In this document: piece by piece, positions 18,230 through 26,655 of the stretch
Position numbering within the stretch: the stretch's first letter is position 1
How the letters are laid out: every line of letters begins with the position of its first letter
NCBI GenBank assembly: GCA_046594975.1
Contig: JBKJRA010000073.1
Coordinates: forward strand, 1-27,424
DNA: 27,424 bases
DNA from: Pyrinomonadaceae bacterium
GTDB lineage: Bacteria; Acidobacteriota; Blastocatellia; Pyrinomonadales; Pyrinomonadaceae
Reading direction: 5' to 3'
Program-made: the position numbers and the translations under genes
Notes under the pieces: generated by a model
What the model was told of the DNA's origin: nothing
What the model saw: the letters and a program-made list of their open reading frames with translations, nothing else
Database searches by the model: none

Positions 18230-18715
18230 ATGTTCACGGTCAAGGCAGGTTACAGCAGCGATATTGAGATCAGGTCTAGCGTCGATAAGGTGCGGGAATT
18301 TTTCTTGAACATCACCAACTTCGCCGAGATGATGCCCGGTGTTGAGCAAGTTCACACTGATGCCAAGGGCATCGCTCATTGGAAAGTTCAGACCGAGGTT
18401 CCGGTCGTCGGGCATATCCTCCAAAAATTTGCGCTTGAGCTAGCCGAAAACACCGAAGACCGCGTCGAATGGTCACCGCTCAGGACCGAAGCCGAAAATT
18501 TCCTTCGGTATTCGGCCGATTTTCTCGAAAAAGCCAAAGACGTAACCCTCGTTCATTTTTCCCAAGCCGTCGAACTCCGCCGCAAGTCCTCCCGCGACCT
18601 GCATTCCCTCGCCTGGATGGCAGGCGAATCCATCATCTCGAACGAAATGACAAAAAGCATCACAAAAATGATCAAAATATTTATAGACCGTGCAAAGGAA
18701 AAGCTTGAAAAATAA
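18230..18715 (+). CDS. SRPBCC/START-like (CoxG-like) protein
   Basis: 161 aa; 'SSVDKVREFF...FAEMMPGVEQV...AHWKV' pattern typical of SRPBCC N-termini. Confidence 0.65.
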   Translation: MFTVKAGYSSDIEIRSSVDKVREFFLNITNFAEMMPGVEQVHTDAKGIAHWKVQTEVPVVGHILQKFALELAENTEDRVEWSPLRTEAENFLRYSADFLEKAKDVTLVHFSQAVELRRKSSRDLHSLAWMAGESIISNEMTKSITKMIKIFIDRAKEKLEK

Positions 18716-18724
18716 AACTACGGT

Positions 18725-19474
18725 TTAGGTTATCGCTCCGCCGTCGACGATGACGACTTCACCGCTCATAAAGCTGTTGCGGTCGCTGGTCATGAAGGCG
18801 GCGTATTCGGCTAGTTCTTCCGGGCGGCCGAGACGGCCTTTGGAGACCCAAAAATCGTGCATTTGTAGCAGGCGTTCAGGCAGGGTGTTGCCGAGATCCG
18901 TGTCGAAAATGCCGGCGGCAATGGCATTAACAGTTATGCCGAAATTAGCGGCTTCGCGTGAGAGGCACTTAGTAAAACCGATCATCGCTGCTTTTGAGGT
19001 AGCGTAATGCACAGATGTGGGCAGGCTCCGCATCGCTCCAACCGAGGTGATATTAAGTATCGAGCCCGCGCGTTCGCGGATCATTTGTTTATAAAAAGGT
19101 TTGGTGACGGCAAACAGGCTGCCGACATTGGTATCGACAACGTAGTCCCAGCTTTTATCGGTAGTCGTTGCGAAATTGTCGGGTTTATTGACCGCCGCAT
19201 TATTGACCAGAACATTGATCGACCCCCATGCATCCTTGATCTCGCGGGCGATGTGTTTCATACCGACGCGGTCGGTAACGGAAACTTTGAATGCGAGAGC
19301 ACGGCGGCCGTGAGCCTCGATCTTTCGTTTTATTTCCTCGGCGAGGTCGTCACGCGAGTGATAATTGAACGCCACATCTGCACCCTCACGGGCAAAGACT
19401 TCGCAGATAGCGGCTCCGATGCCACGCGTTCCACCCGACACAAAAGCACGTTTTCCTTCAAGTAAAAGACTCAA
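18725..19474 (-). CDS. SDR family oxidoreductase (FabG-like)
   Basis: SGGTRGIG, VNNA and YATSK motifs; TTG start with GGAG RBS. Confidence 0.92.
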   Translation of the reverse strand: MSLLLEGKRAFVSGGTRGIGAAICEVFAREGADVAFNYHSRDDLAEEIKRKIEAHGRRALAFKVSVTDRVGMKHIAREIKDAWGSINVLVNNAAVNKPDNFATTTDKSWDYVVDTNVGSLFAVTKPFYKQMIRERAGSILNITSVGAMRSLPTSVHYATSKAAMIGFTKCLSREAANFGITVNAIAAGIFDTDLGNTLPERLLQMHDFWVSKGRLGRPEELAEYAAFMTSDRNSFMSGEVVIVDGGAIT

Positions 19475-19562
19475 GCTAATTTCTCCAGCAGTGAATAAAA
19501 CACTAATTGAAAGGTTAATTAAATCGCGGTGTCATGACAAGTCGCGCTATCTAAAATAGTTT

Positions 19563-20738
19563 TTAGACAGGCGGTGCGGCGGCCTGTGCCTTTGGCCAAA
19601 GGGCATTGATCTCGTTGATGATATATTCAGTCGAATTTGGCATTGTCATCCCAATGGTCGCGGCTTTCATTCGCGAGTACTGACCGTTATCAGCGATAAG
19701 ATTCTGGATGGTGGGGACAATATCGATGGAGCGTTTGAGCAAAATGCCTGCACCGCGCCGTTCGATAAGATGCGAAGTTCCAGCTTCCTGCGGCATCGGC
19801 GGTGTCGTCAAGTCTGCAATGATCGGCAATCTACATGCTAATGCTTCGAATGTCGTCAATCCGCCAAGTTTTGAGATCATCACGTTGGCTGATTGCATAA
19901 CTTTTTCGATCTCGTCGGAATAGCCAATGACCTTGATCGGAAATTTGGCGGTCTTGGCGAGACGCTCGGCTTCGAGCCGAAGTTCTTCGTTTTTACCCGC
20001 GAGAAAGATCGCCTGAACGTCAAATTCACCGCGGACAAACTCTTTGAAGATCTTAGGAATATTGCCACCGCCGATCCAACCTGCATTAACGAACACCGTA
20101 AATTTGTCAGGGTCGAGTCCATAAACCCGACGGGCGTTTTGAGCGTCCTGCTCATCGATCTCGTGAAATTTCGGATCGACCGGCATACCCGATATCTTGA
20201 TCCGCTCGGGCGATATACCGTAATCGACGAGTTGACGCTCGGCATCCTCATTTGCCACCAGGTAAAGTGATACATCATCACACGCCCAGCCTTTCCAAAA
20301 CCCGTAACATGGATCAGTTACAACAGTTACAAGTGGAACCTTATCTATCAGATTAAGTTCGCGAAGGATGCGTGCAAAGATATGCTGCGTCAGAGGATGC
20401 ACGCTAACGACGATATGCGGACACCATTTTTCAAATTGACCCCGAACATACCCAATGCAGCGTTTGTGAAAAAACTCACGAGTCTCAGGGCGTATTTTAT
20501 TCATCGCCCAATAGAGATATTTCATCCAATGCTGCTTGTGTTGCAGCGTCCAGTTATATAGATTGACGAGCTTTTCTGTAACGTGATGCGAATCCTCAAC
20601 CGCCTTTATCGTCCGGACCGCCGCAGACTCGCCTTTCCAAAATTTCTCTAATCCATCGGCGATCGTTTTAGCCGCAGAGCGGTGCCCGCCACCGGTATCG
20701 GAGGAAATTATTAGAATTTTTGGAGTATTGGGCTGCAT
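19563..20738 (-). CDS. MGDG synthase / UgtP-like diacylglycerol glycosyltransferase (GT28-like)
   Basis: SSDTGGGHRSAA, PLVTVVTD, GMPVDPKF and SKLGGLTTFEA motifs. Confidence 0.85.
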   Translation of the reverse strand: MQPNTPKILIISSDTGGGHRSAAKTIADGLEKFWKGESAAVRTIKAVEDSHHVTEKLVNLYNWTLQHKQHWMKYLYWAMNKIRPETREFFHKRCIGYVRGQFEKWCPHIVVSVHPLTQHIFARILRELNLIDKVPLVTVVTDPCYGFWKGWACDDVSLYLVANEDAERQLVDYGISPERIKISGMPVDPKFHEIDEQDAQNARRVYGLDPDKFTVFVNAGWIGGGNIPKIFKEFVRGEFDVQAIFLAGKNEELRLEAERLAKTAKFPIKVIGYSDEIEKVMQSANVMISKLGGLTTFEALACRLPIIADLTTPPMPQEAGTSHLIERRGAGILLKRSIDIVPTIQNLIADNGQYSRMKAATIGMTMPNSTEYIINEINALWPKAQAAAPPV

Positions 20739-20747
20739 TGAAATAGA

Positions 20748-20978
20748 ATTTGGTGTGGTGGGATTTCAACCCACATGCCGTGCTTTCGCTCACAATTTTT
20801 CGGATTTAGTCACCAGCGTATCAGTATTAATGTCTTCGCCGGATCGTGAGCCAAGTCCCCTAAAGAGCGGTCCGGTATAGCTCCGGTAGGCAATGCATCC
20901 TCTTGCGCATGCTGACTTCATATCAGGCATCTCTGCCCACCACTCACTCATGCGGTTCGCACCCGCTGCACACCAAAT
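20748..20978 (-). ncRNA. Unclassified 231-nt structured RNA-like element
   Basis: Perfect 10-bp terminal pairing ATTTGGTGTG/CACACCAAAT; hairpins GCGG-GTGCGAA-CCGC, GGCA-GAGA-TGCC and GTGGG-TTGAAAT-CCCAC; 9-bp helix GCTCACGAT/ATTGTGAGC whose G-U pair exists only on the minus strand. Confidence 0.55.
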
Positions 20979-20980
20979 AT

Positions 20981-22141
20981 TTATGCCTTTAACGCAACTT
21001 CCTTAGCCGCGAGAAAGCTAGCATTTTTTGCGGCTTTCTTCATTTGCCCCTCGAGTTTGATGATATTTATCAAATGCCCGGGATTTAGAGGCAATGACGG
21101 GTAGAAACAGTTTGACTCGTGTGTACAGTAACAGCCATCTGCGACCTCTTTACGGCGCTCTTTCATTAGGTTGGTTTTCCAAGCGGCCTGAAAATCCCAT
21201 TCGTAATCGCGTAAATTGAGCACGTCGGTCTTGTTTTCGCATGACGAAAGGGCACCGTTGTCGTATATCACGGCACCTGCCGAGCCGGCGTAACATTTGA
21301 GCTGCGCCTTGCCTTCTTCCTTAGTTTTGGCAATGATATCGTGCATGTAAATATCGACCGCCGCCTTAAAAAAGCCCGAATTACCGCCGTAATTATTTTT
21401 GAGAGTTGCGTCTTTAGTATCCTCCAGGATCATCTGAGATAACTGCTGATAACGCTTGTGGTCAAACTGCAATTCGATCGGATCGGCCGACGGCGGGCGA
21501 ATATAGTTGATGTTCACCTTATCCGGTTTGAGGTCATATTTTAGAAAATCGTACCAGTCAAAGATCGTGTCCTCGTTTGAGTGCATCACGCATGTACAGG
21601 TTTGAATGTCGAGCCGCGGATATTGCTCTTTTTTCATCTGCTGTAAGGTCCGGGCCGTATGGATAGCTTTGTCCCAGCTCCCCTCTTTGCGGCGGATCTT
21701 TTCATGAGCGTCTTTCATACCGTCGATGCCGAGCGCAACGCTGACGTTTAGATTCGGGCATTCGTCCATTATCTGAGCTACATCCGGGAAAATTCGCGGA
21801 TGGATCTGGCCGTTTGACATCAGATACACCGAATCGAGTTTGTTGTTTTCGTAGAATGCACGGACGATCTGCGGCAGGTCCTTTCGCGTAAACGGCTCAC
21901 CTCCGGCGAGCACGAGCACACCGAGATTACCGCCAAGCGTTTCTGAGATCTTCGCGATCTCGTCGGTCTTCATCTGCAGCTTTTTACGCGGCCTGTCGTC
22001 CAATTCTTCAGTAAAAAAGCAGTGCGTGCAGCGCATGTCGCAGACGCTTGTCACCAAAATATTCAAAAACACAGGCGAGATCGGTCGTCCGACCAAAATG
22101 CCTGCGTATCTCTTAAAGATCTCTTTTGTTGCAAAATCCAT
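20981..22141 (-). CDS. Radical SAM protein with C-terminal SPASM/twitch-like cysteines
   Basis: CDMRCTHC (CxxxCxxC), GGEPF, CYAG...SSCE...GCYCTHE. Confidence 0.9.
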   Translation of the reverse strand: MDFATKEIFKRYAGILVGRPISPVFLNILVTSVCDMRCTHCFFTEELDDRPRKKLQMKTDEIAKISETLGGNLGVLVLAGGEPFTRKDLPQIVRAFYENNKLDSVYLMSNGQIHPRIFPDVAQIMDECPNLNVSVALGIDGMKDAHEKIRRKEGSWDKAIHTARTLQQMKKEQYPRLDIQTCTCVMHSNEDTIFDWYDFLKYDLKPDKVNINYIRPPSADPIELQFDHKRYQQLSQMILEDTKDATLKNNYGGNSGFFKAAVDIYMHDIIAKTKEEGKAQLKCYAGSAGAVIYDNGALSSCENKTDVLNLRDYEWDFQAAWKTNLMKERRKEVADGCYCTHESNCFYPSLPLNPGHLINIIKLEGQMKKAAKNASFLAAKEVALKA

Positions 22142-22436
22142 TATCTTTTCCTGTTACTAATTGCCTTAGCCGCATTAAGCGAAAGAACAATTATTATCTT
22201 CCAATGTAACTTATTTGAGTCTTTTACGGCAACAACCGCTTTCCAACTCCTACCATCTCCACAGCTACTTAGATGCCGATATTTGACGCAGGTTCCTATC
22301 TATTTATCCTAGGCAGTCAGGCGTTGTGATAAAATCTGTTCAAATAAGCTCGATGGAGGCCTCGCGCTATGCTCGGCGTACTTAATAACTCGGTCTTGGC
22401 CTATGCAAATCGACAAGAAATAAAGTTTAGAGTTAC

Positions 22437-23615
22437 ATGTTTCGTCGTATTTATCTTGATAATAGTGCAACCACGCCCGTCGATCCTTTGGTCGTTGAGG
22501 CGATGCTTCCTTATTTGATGGGCAAATACGGAAACGCGTCAAGCATTCATTTTTTCGGTCAGGAAGCCCGTGCCGCCATCGACAAGGCCCGTCATCAGGT
22601 AGCAGCTCTGATAAATGCACGTCCGAATGAGGTCGTATTTACTTCAGGTGGTACCGAGTCTAATAATCTCGCGATCCGCGGACTTGTCGAATCGAATAAT
22701 AAATACGGCAGGCACATAATCACATCTGCGATCGAGCATTCTGCCGTGCTTAACGTCTGCCAAGATCTCGAAAAGCAGGGATATACAGTCACTTATCTGC
22801 CCGTGTATGAAAACGGCATTATTAGAACTGATGATCTAAGAGCTGCGGTAAAAGAAGATACGATCCTACTCTCAGTTATGACTGCAAATAATGAGATCGG
22901 CACGATCCAGCCGGTGGGTGAGATCGGGCATCTTGTAAAAGATCTGCGTGCTGACGGTAAAAAAATCTGGTTTCATACCGATGCAGTTCAAGCCGCAGGA
23001 AAAATGCCGCTCGATGTCGAAGATATTGGCTGCGATCTTTTGTCTATTTCAGCCCATAAAATATACGCACCGAAAGGCGTTGGAGCGTTGTACGTTCGCC
23101 GAGGCGTGCGGCTGCATTCGCAAAATATCGGTGGCCATCAGGAACGTGAGCTTCGAGGCGGCACGGAGTCCGTGCCCAACATAGTCGCTTTTGGTAAAGC
23201 CGCAGAAATGGCACAGCAAGATCTGGCCAATGCCTCAAAATCGTTGAAAGCGATGCGCGACGAATTTGAAAACAAGGTCGGCGAGGCGATTCCCGATATT
23301 GTTTTCAATGGCGAACGCGAACAACGCCTTCCTAATATCTCAAACATATCTTTTCGAGCTGTCGAGGGGGAGGGACTCTTGATCAATCTCGATATGCAGG
23401 GCGTTGCCGTTTCGACCGGTTCTGCCTGCTCGTCCGGATCGCTCGAACCGTCTCCAGTCATCCGAGCCCTCGGCCGCGACGACGAACTAGCTCGCGGTGC
23501 GATCCGCTTTAGTTTTGGCCGTTATAATATTGCCGGAGACATTGAGCATGTGTTGAGCGTCCTCCCCGCTGCTGTCGAAAACCTCCGAAGTTTGTCGCCT
23601 TTGCATCGAAAATAA
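22437..23615 (+). CDS. iscS: Cysteine desulfurase (IscS/NifS group I)
   Basis: YLDNSATTP, HTDAVQA, HKIYAPKG (PLP lysine) and STGSACSS (catalytic Cys) motifs. Confidence 0.9.
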   Translation: MFRRIYLDNSATTPVDPLVVEAMLPYLMGKYGNASSIHFFGQEARAAIDKARHQVAALINARPNEVVFTSGGTESNNLAIRGLVESNNKYGRHIITSAIEHSAVLNVCQDLEKQGYTVTYLPVYENGIIRTDDLRAAVKEDTILLSVMTANNEIGTIQPVGEIGHLVKDLRADGKKIWFHTDAVQAAGKMPLDVEDIGCDLLSISAHKIYAPKGVGALYVRRGVRLHSQNIGGHQERELRGGTESVPNIVAFGKAAEMAQQDLANASKSLKAMRDEFENKVGEAIPDIVFNGEREQRLPNISNISFRAVEGEGLLINLDMQGVAVSTGSACSSGSLEPSPVIRALGRDDELARGAIRFSFGRYNIAGDIEHVLSVLPAAVENLRSLSPLHRK

Positions 23616-23649
23616 AAAAAACGGCCTATCAATTTAATGACAGAGCCGT
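23614..23649 (-). terminator. Intrinsic terminator of the small peptide-precursor gene
   Basis: Minus strand ACGGC(T)CTGTCA-TTAAAT-TGATAG-GCCGT followed by a T-run. Confidence 0.75.
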
Positions 23650-23685
23650 CTTCTGTTATCTCCCGGTGTGGAAAGTCGGTGTTAA

Positions 23686-23928
23686 CTAGTCGCTGATAAG
23701 TATGCCCACTTTCGATGTGTCGGCACATGTCGGAGTTTTTTCGCCGATGATGACGTATCCGAAGATGATGATGCCGGTTTTGCCAAAGATGATGATGCCG
23801 TCATTTTTGGTTTCGGTCTGAGTGCAAGGTGTTGCAACGACATCACTGATGAGGATACCGGCGTTTGCGAAAGTTGCTCCGAAGGTCATTACGAGGGCGA
23901 GGGTTAAAGTTGCTATTGTCTTTTTCAT
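23686..23928 (-). CDS. 80-aa secreted protein with repeated short hydrophobic cores (candidate peptide precursor)
   Basis: AGGAG RBS 6 nt upstream, signal peptide ending ANA, GILISD x2, GIIIFG x2, own terminator. Confidence 0.88.
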   Translation of the reverse strand: MKKTIATLTLALVMTFGATFANAGILISDVVATPCTQTETKNDGIIIFGKTGIIIFGYVIIGEKTPTCADTSKVGILISD

Positions 23929-23987
23929 TTTTTTCTCCTAAAGTTTTTTTGTTTTGCGAGCACAATTGCTTCGCTCTGCCCTCTCTA

Positions 23988-24016
23988 TTACAACCAGCGT
24001 GCCAAAGCGTGCCAAA
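23988..24016 (-). promoter_or_regulatory. sigma54-like -24/-12 promoter with a duplicated -24 element
   Basis: Minus strand TTTGGCACGC TTTGGCACGC TGGTTGTAA; TGGCACG-N4-TTGT is one mismatch from TGGCACG-N4-TTGC. Confidence 0.5.
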
Positions 24017-24314
24017 GATTAACACAATTCCATAAACAATGTATTTGCAACATTTACAGACGTTTATATTGCTCACAAATGCTTATTCTGTTTTGTGGAA
24101 TATTTGTATACCTTGTAACCAATCCTCGGCGACGTTTCTCCTAAGATGTTTCTTTCCAGTCATTTACCGAATTGAATACTTTCTATACATTCTTAGTGTG
24201 GATAATCGGTATACACCTTTGCTTTAGTTACGCGGATTTTTATAGCTTTTTAGACGTTAAACGTGTTAAACTTCAAATAATGGGTGTATAGCCCTCACAC
24301 ATCCCAATACTGCC

Positions 24315-26582
24315 GTGTCAACAGTCTCGCCGTTTGCCCCCGATATGGACCGTGAAACCCTCTCAAAAAATGCCAAAGGCATGATAATCGCCGCCGGGGC
24401 AATTTGTTTTGTGTTGGCGTGCGCCGGCATGTTTAGCCCCCGTCTGAATATTGGATTTATTTTGGTTTTGGCATTCTCCGTTATCGTTGCTCCGCGCATG
24501 AGCCTCGCACTTCCGCACTCCAGATTTGCGATCAGCTTTTCAGATGCGGCTGTATTTCTGACCTTTTTGCTTTACGGTGGGCCGGCAGCTATCGTTGTCG
24601 CCGCCCTTGAGGCTCTCGCAAGCTGTCTTTACCTGCGTTCTAAAGGATATACATTCACGCGATTAATGATCCCGACTAATATCTCGATCAATGTCGTCTC
24701 GATAACGATGACCTATTTGGTGTGGCTAAGTGTGCCGCAAGCTCCTTTTATTACGCCCGATGTCGGCACCACTCAACATTTGATCGCGACAGTTGGCAGC
24801 CTCGCAATAGTTCAGTTCGTGGGTGGATCTATCATTACCTCAATATTTCTTAGCCTTCGTGATGGTTCGAGCCCGTGGGTTATTTGGAAACGAGACTGCT
24901 TTTCGAGTTCAATGACGCAGATCGTCGGAGCCGGACTCGCGGGAATGATCTTTAAGCTCATTAATTTTGGAGATCTAGTCACGGGTATTATCGCTTTTGC
25001 GGCATTGGCTATCGCATATTTGAGTTATCGCCAGTCACTAAAAGAAGCTAACAACGCGATGGGGCAGGCCGAATCAGCCGAACGTGAGCGTGCAGAGGTC
25101 GAACGCGCTCGCCGACGGGAGGCTGAAAAACATGCAGAGCAACTGACATTTTCTCTTCAAAAAGAAGAGCTTGCTAACAAAGCCCTACGCAAAAGCGAAA
25201 AGGACCTGCAGCACGCAGCTCTATTCGATTCGTTGACAAATCTGCCAAACCGCAAGCAATTCGGAGACATACTTGGAAAGCTGATCGACAAGTACAAGGA
25301 CGATCCTTCTCTCAATTTTCACGTGTTGTTTCTCGATATATGTAAATTCAAAAATATCAACGACAGTCTTGGTCACACACTGGGCGACAAAGTACTGATG
25401 ATTGCCGCAAAGCGTTTTGTGAGAATGCTCAATACATCAGATATGGTCGCTCGTATCGGCGGAGACGAATTTGCGATCATCCTTAAGGATCTGAAAACCG
25501 TCGGCAAGGCCCAAAAAGTAGCTCGCCGTATTCTCGATAATATTGCTCAACCTTTCTCATTGAGCAGTAATCGCATCTCGATCAGCGTAAACGTGGGCAT
25601 TGCTCCATGCGACGCCGAATACAACACGCCCGAGGAAGTACTTCGCGACGCGGATATCGCGATGCATTACGCCAAAGAGAAAAGCCTCGGGGTAGCAGTA
25701 TTTACGAAAGAGTTACGCGTACGCTTTCTTGAACGCGTACATTACGAAAACGACCTACGGAATGCTATCGACCGCAATGAGTTGTCGATGCATTATCAGC
25801 CGCTTGTTGACTTACGGGACGGTCATTTGATGGGTGTCGAGGCTCTGTTGCGATGGCATCACAGCGAATTTGGAAATATCCCGCCAAATAAATTCATCCC
25901 CATCGCCGAAGAATCCGGGCTAATTATTCCGATCACTGTGTGGATACTAAAGGAAACAACCATGCAGTTAGCCAGGTGGCAAAAGATCGGAACCGCTCAC
26001 AAAAACCTAGTAGTTAGTGTAAATATCTCCGGCAAGCATCTGTCTAATGACGACCTGATCGACGATGTCGAAAATGCTCTCGCAATATCCGGGCTTGCCC
26101 CGCAACATCTCAAGCTCGAGATCACCGAAAGCTCCGCGATGGAAAATGCCGAGCATACGATAAACATGCTCAACCGTTTGAAACAACTCGGCGTCCAGCT
26201 TAGCATCGATGATTTCGGCACCGGCTATTCCAGTCTCAGTTATTTACATCGTCTGCCGTTCGACACGCTTAAGATCGACCGCTCATTCGTTTACAGCGTC
26301 GGCGAAAGCGGAGAAAATTCTGAAATACTGCAAACTATCATCTCACTCGCCAAAAGCCTGAAAAAGAAAGTCATCGCCGAAGGCATCGAAACCGAATCGC
26401 AGCTTTCTCTGCTGCAAAACCTCGGTTGCGACTACGGTCAGGGCTATCTGATGTCGCGTCCGCAAACCCGCGAAAATTTAGAGACCGCTCTCTACGAGGG
26501 CCGCAACTGGTTACCAGTCCAGATCGAAGATACGATTATCTGTGACCACGTCGAAGTTGAGGAAGCTCTACCAGTTTTCTAG
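24315..26582 (+). CDS. Membrane-bound GGDEF-EAL protein (diguanylate cyclase / phosphodiesterase) with multi-TM sensor
   Basis: About 7-8 hydrophobic segments, a coiled coil, FDSLTNLPNR, GGDEF, EAL and DDFGTGYSS intact; RxxD I-site absent (NTSD). Start GTG 24315 or ATG 24345. Confidence 0.93.
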   Translation: MSTVSPFAPDMDRETLSKNAKGMIIAAGAICFVLACAGMFSPRLNIGFILVLAFSVIVAPRMSLALPHSRFAISFSDAAVFLTFLLYGGPAAIVVAALEALASCLYLRSKGYTFTRLMIPTNISINVVSITMTYLVWLSVPQAPFITPDVGTTQHLIATVGSLAIVQFVGGSIITSIFLSLRDGSSPWVIWKRDCFSSSMTQIVGAGLAGMIFKLINFGDLVTGIIAFAALAIAYLSYRQSLKEANNAMGQAESAERERAEVERARRREAEKHAEQLTFSLQKEELANKALRKSEKDLQHAALFDSLTNLPNRKQFGDILGKLIDKYKDDPSLNFHVLFLDICKFKNINDSLGHTLGDKVLMIAAKRFVRMLNTSDMVARIGGDEFAIILKDLKTVGKAQKVARRILDNIAQPFSLSSNRISISVNVGIAPCDAEYNTPEEVLRDADIAMHYAKEKSLGVAVFTKELRVRFLERVHYENDLRNAIDRNELSMHYQPLVDLRDGHLMGVEALLRWHHSEFGNIPPNKFIPIAEESGLIIPITVWILKETTMQLARWQKIGTAHKNLVVSVNISGKHLSNDDLIDDVENALAISGLAPQHLKLEITESSAMENAEHTINMLNRLKQLGVQLSIDDFGTGYSSLSYLHRLPFDTLKIDRSFVYSVGESGENSEILQTIISLAKSLKKKVIAEGIETESQLSLLQNLGCDYGQGYLMSRPQTRENLETALYEGRNWLPVQIEDTIICDHVEVEEALPVF

Positions 26583-26591
26583 TCCAAGATT

Positions 26592-26639
26592 TTGTAATAG
26601 CCACCTCGCGTTCTATACTTATCGAAAATCTTTTCGATA
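26592..26639 (+). promoter_or_regulatory. Putative sigma70 promoter followed by a 20-bp palindrome (operator or hairpin)
   Basis: TTGTAA-N16-TATACT (26592-26619), then TATCGAAAA-TC-TTTTCGATA (26620-26639) abutting the AGGAG RBS. Confidence 0.45.
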
Positions 26640-26655
26640 GGAGAATTAGTGCGTT

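Noticed and set aside
20748-20978. tRNA, tmRNA or complete group II intron
   Set aside because: No D/anticodon cloverleaf, the T-loop is TTGAAAT not TTCRANY, there is no encoded CCA after the closing helix and no GGGG start or tag ORF, and no domain V or RT is seen.
22142-22436. IscR/Rrf2 operator upstream of the cysteine desulfurase
   Set aside because: No convincing inverted repeat found, and no rrf2 gene adjacent.
24020-24314. NifA-type UAS (TGT-N10-ACA) upstream of the sigma54-like promoter; GTTAAAC direct repeat at 24256-24271
   Set aside because: Only N7, N9, N11 and N13 spacings are found; short repeats are expected in AT-rich DNA.
493-26221. Numerous 60-200-aa ORFs overlapping the assigned genes on other frames
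   Set aside because: Shadow ORFs of well-supported genes, with no motifs or RBS.
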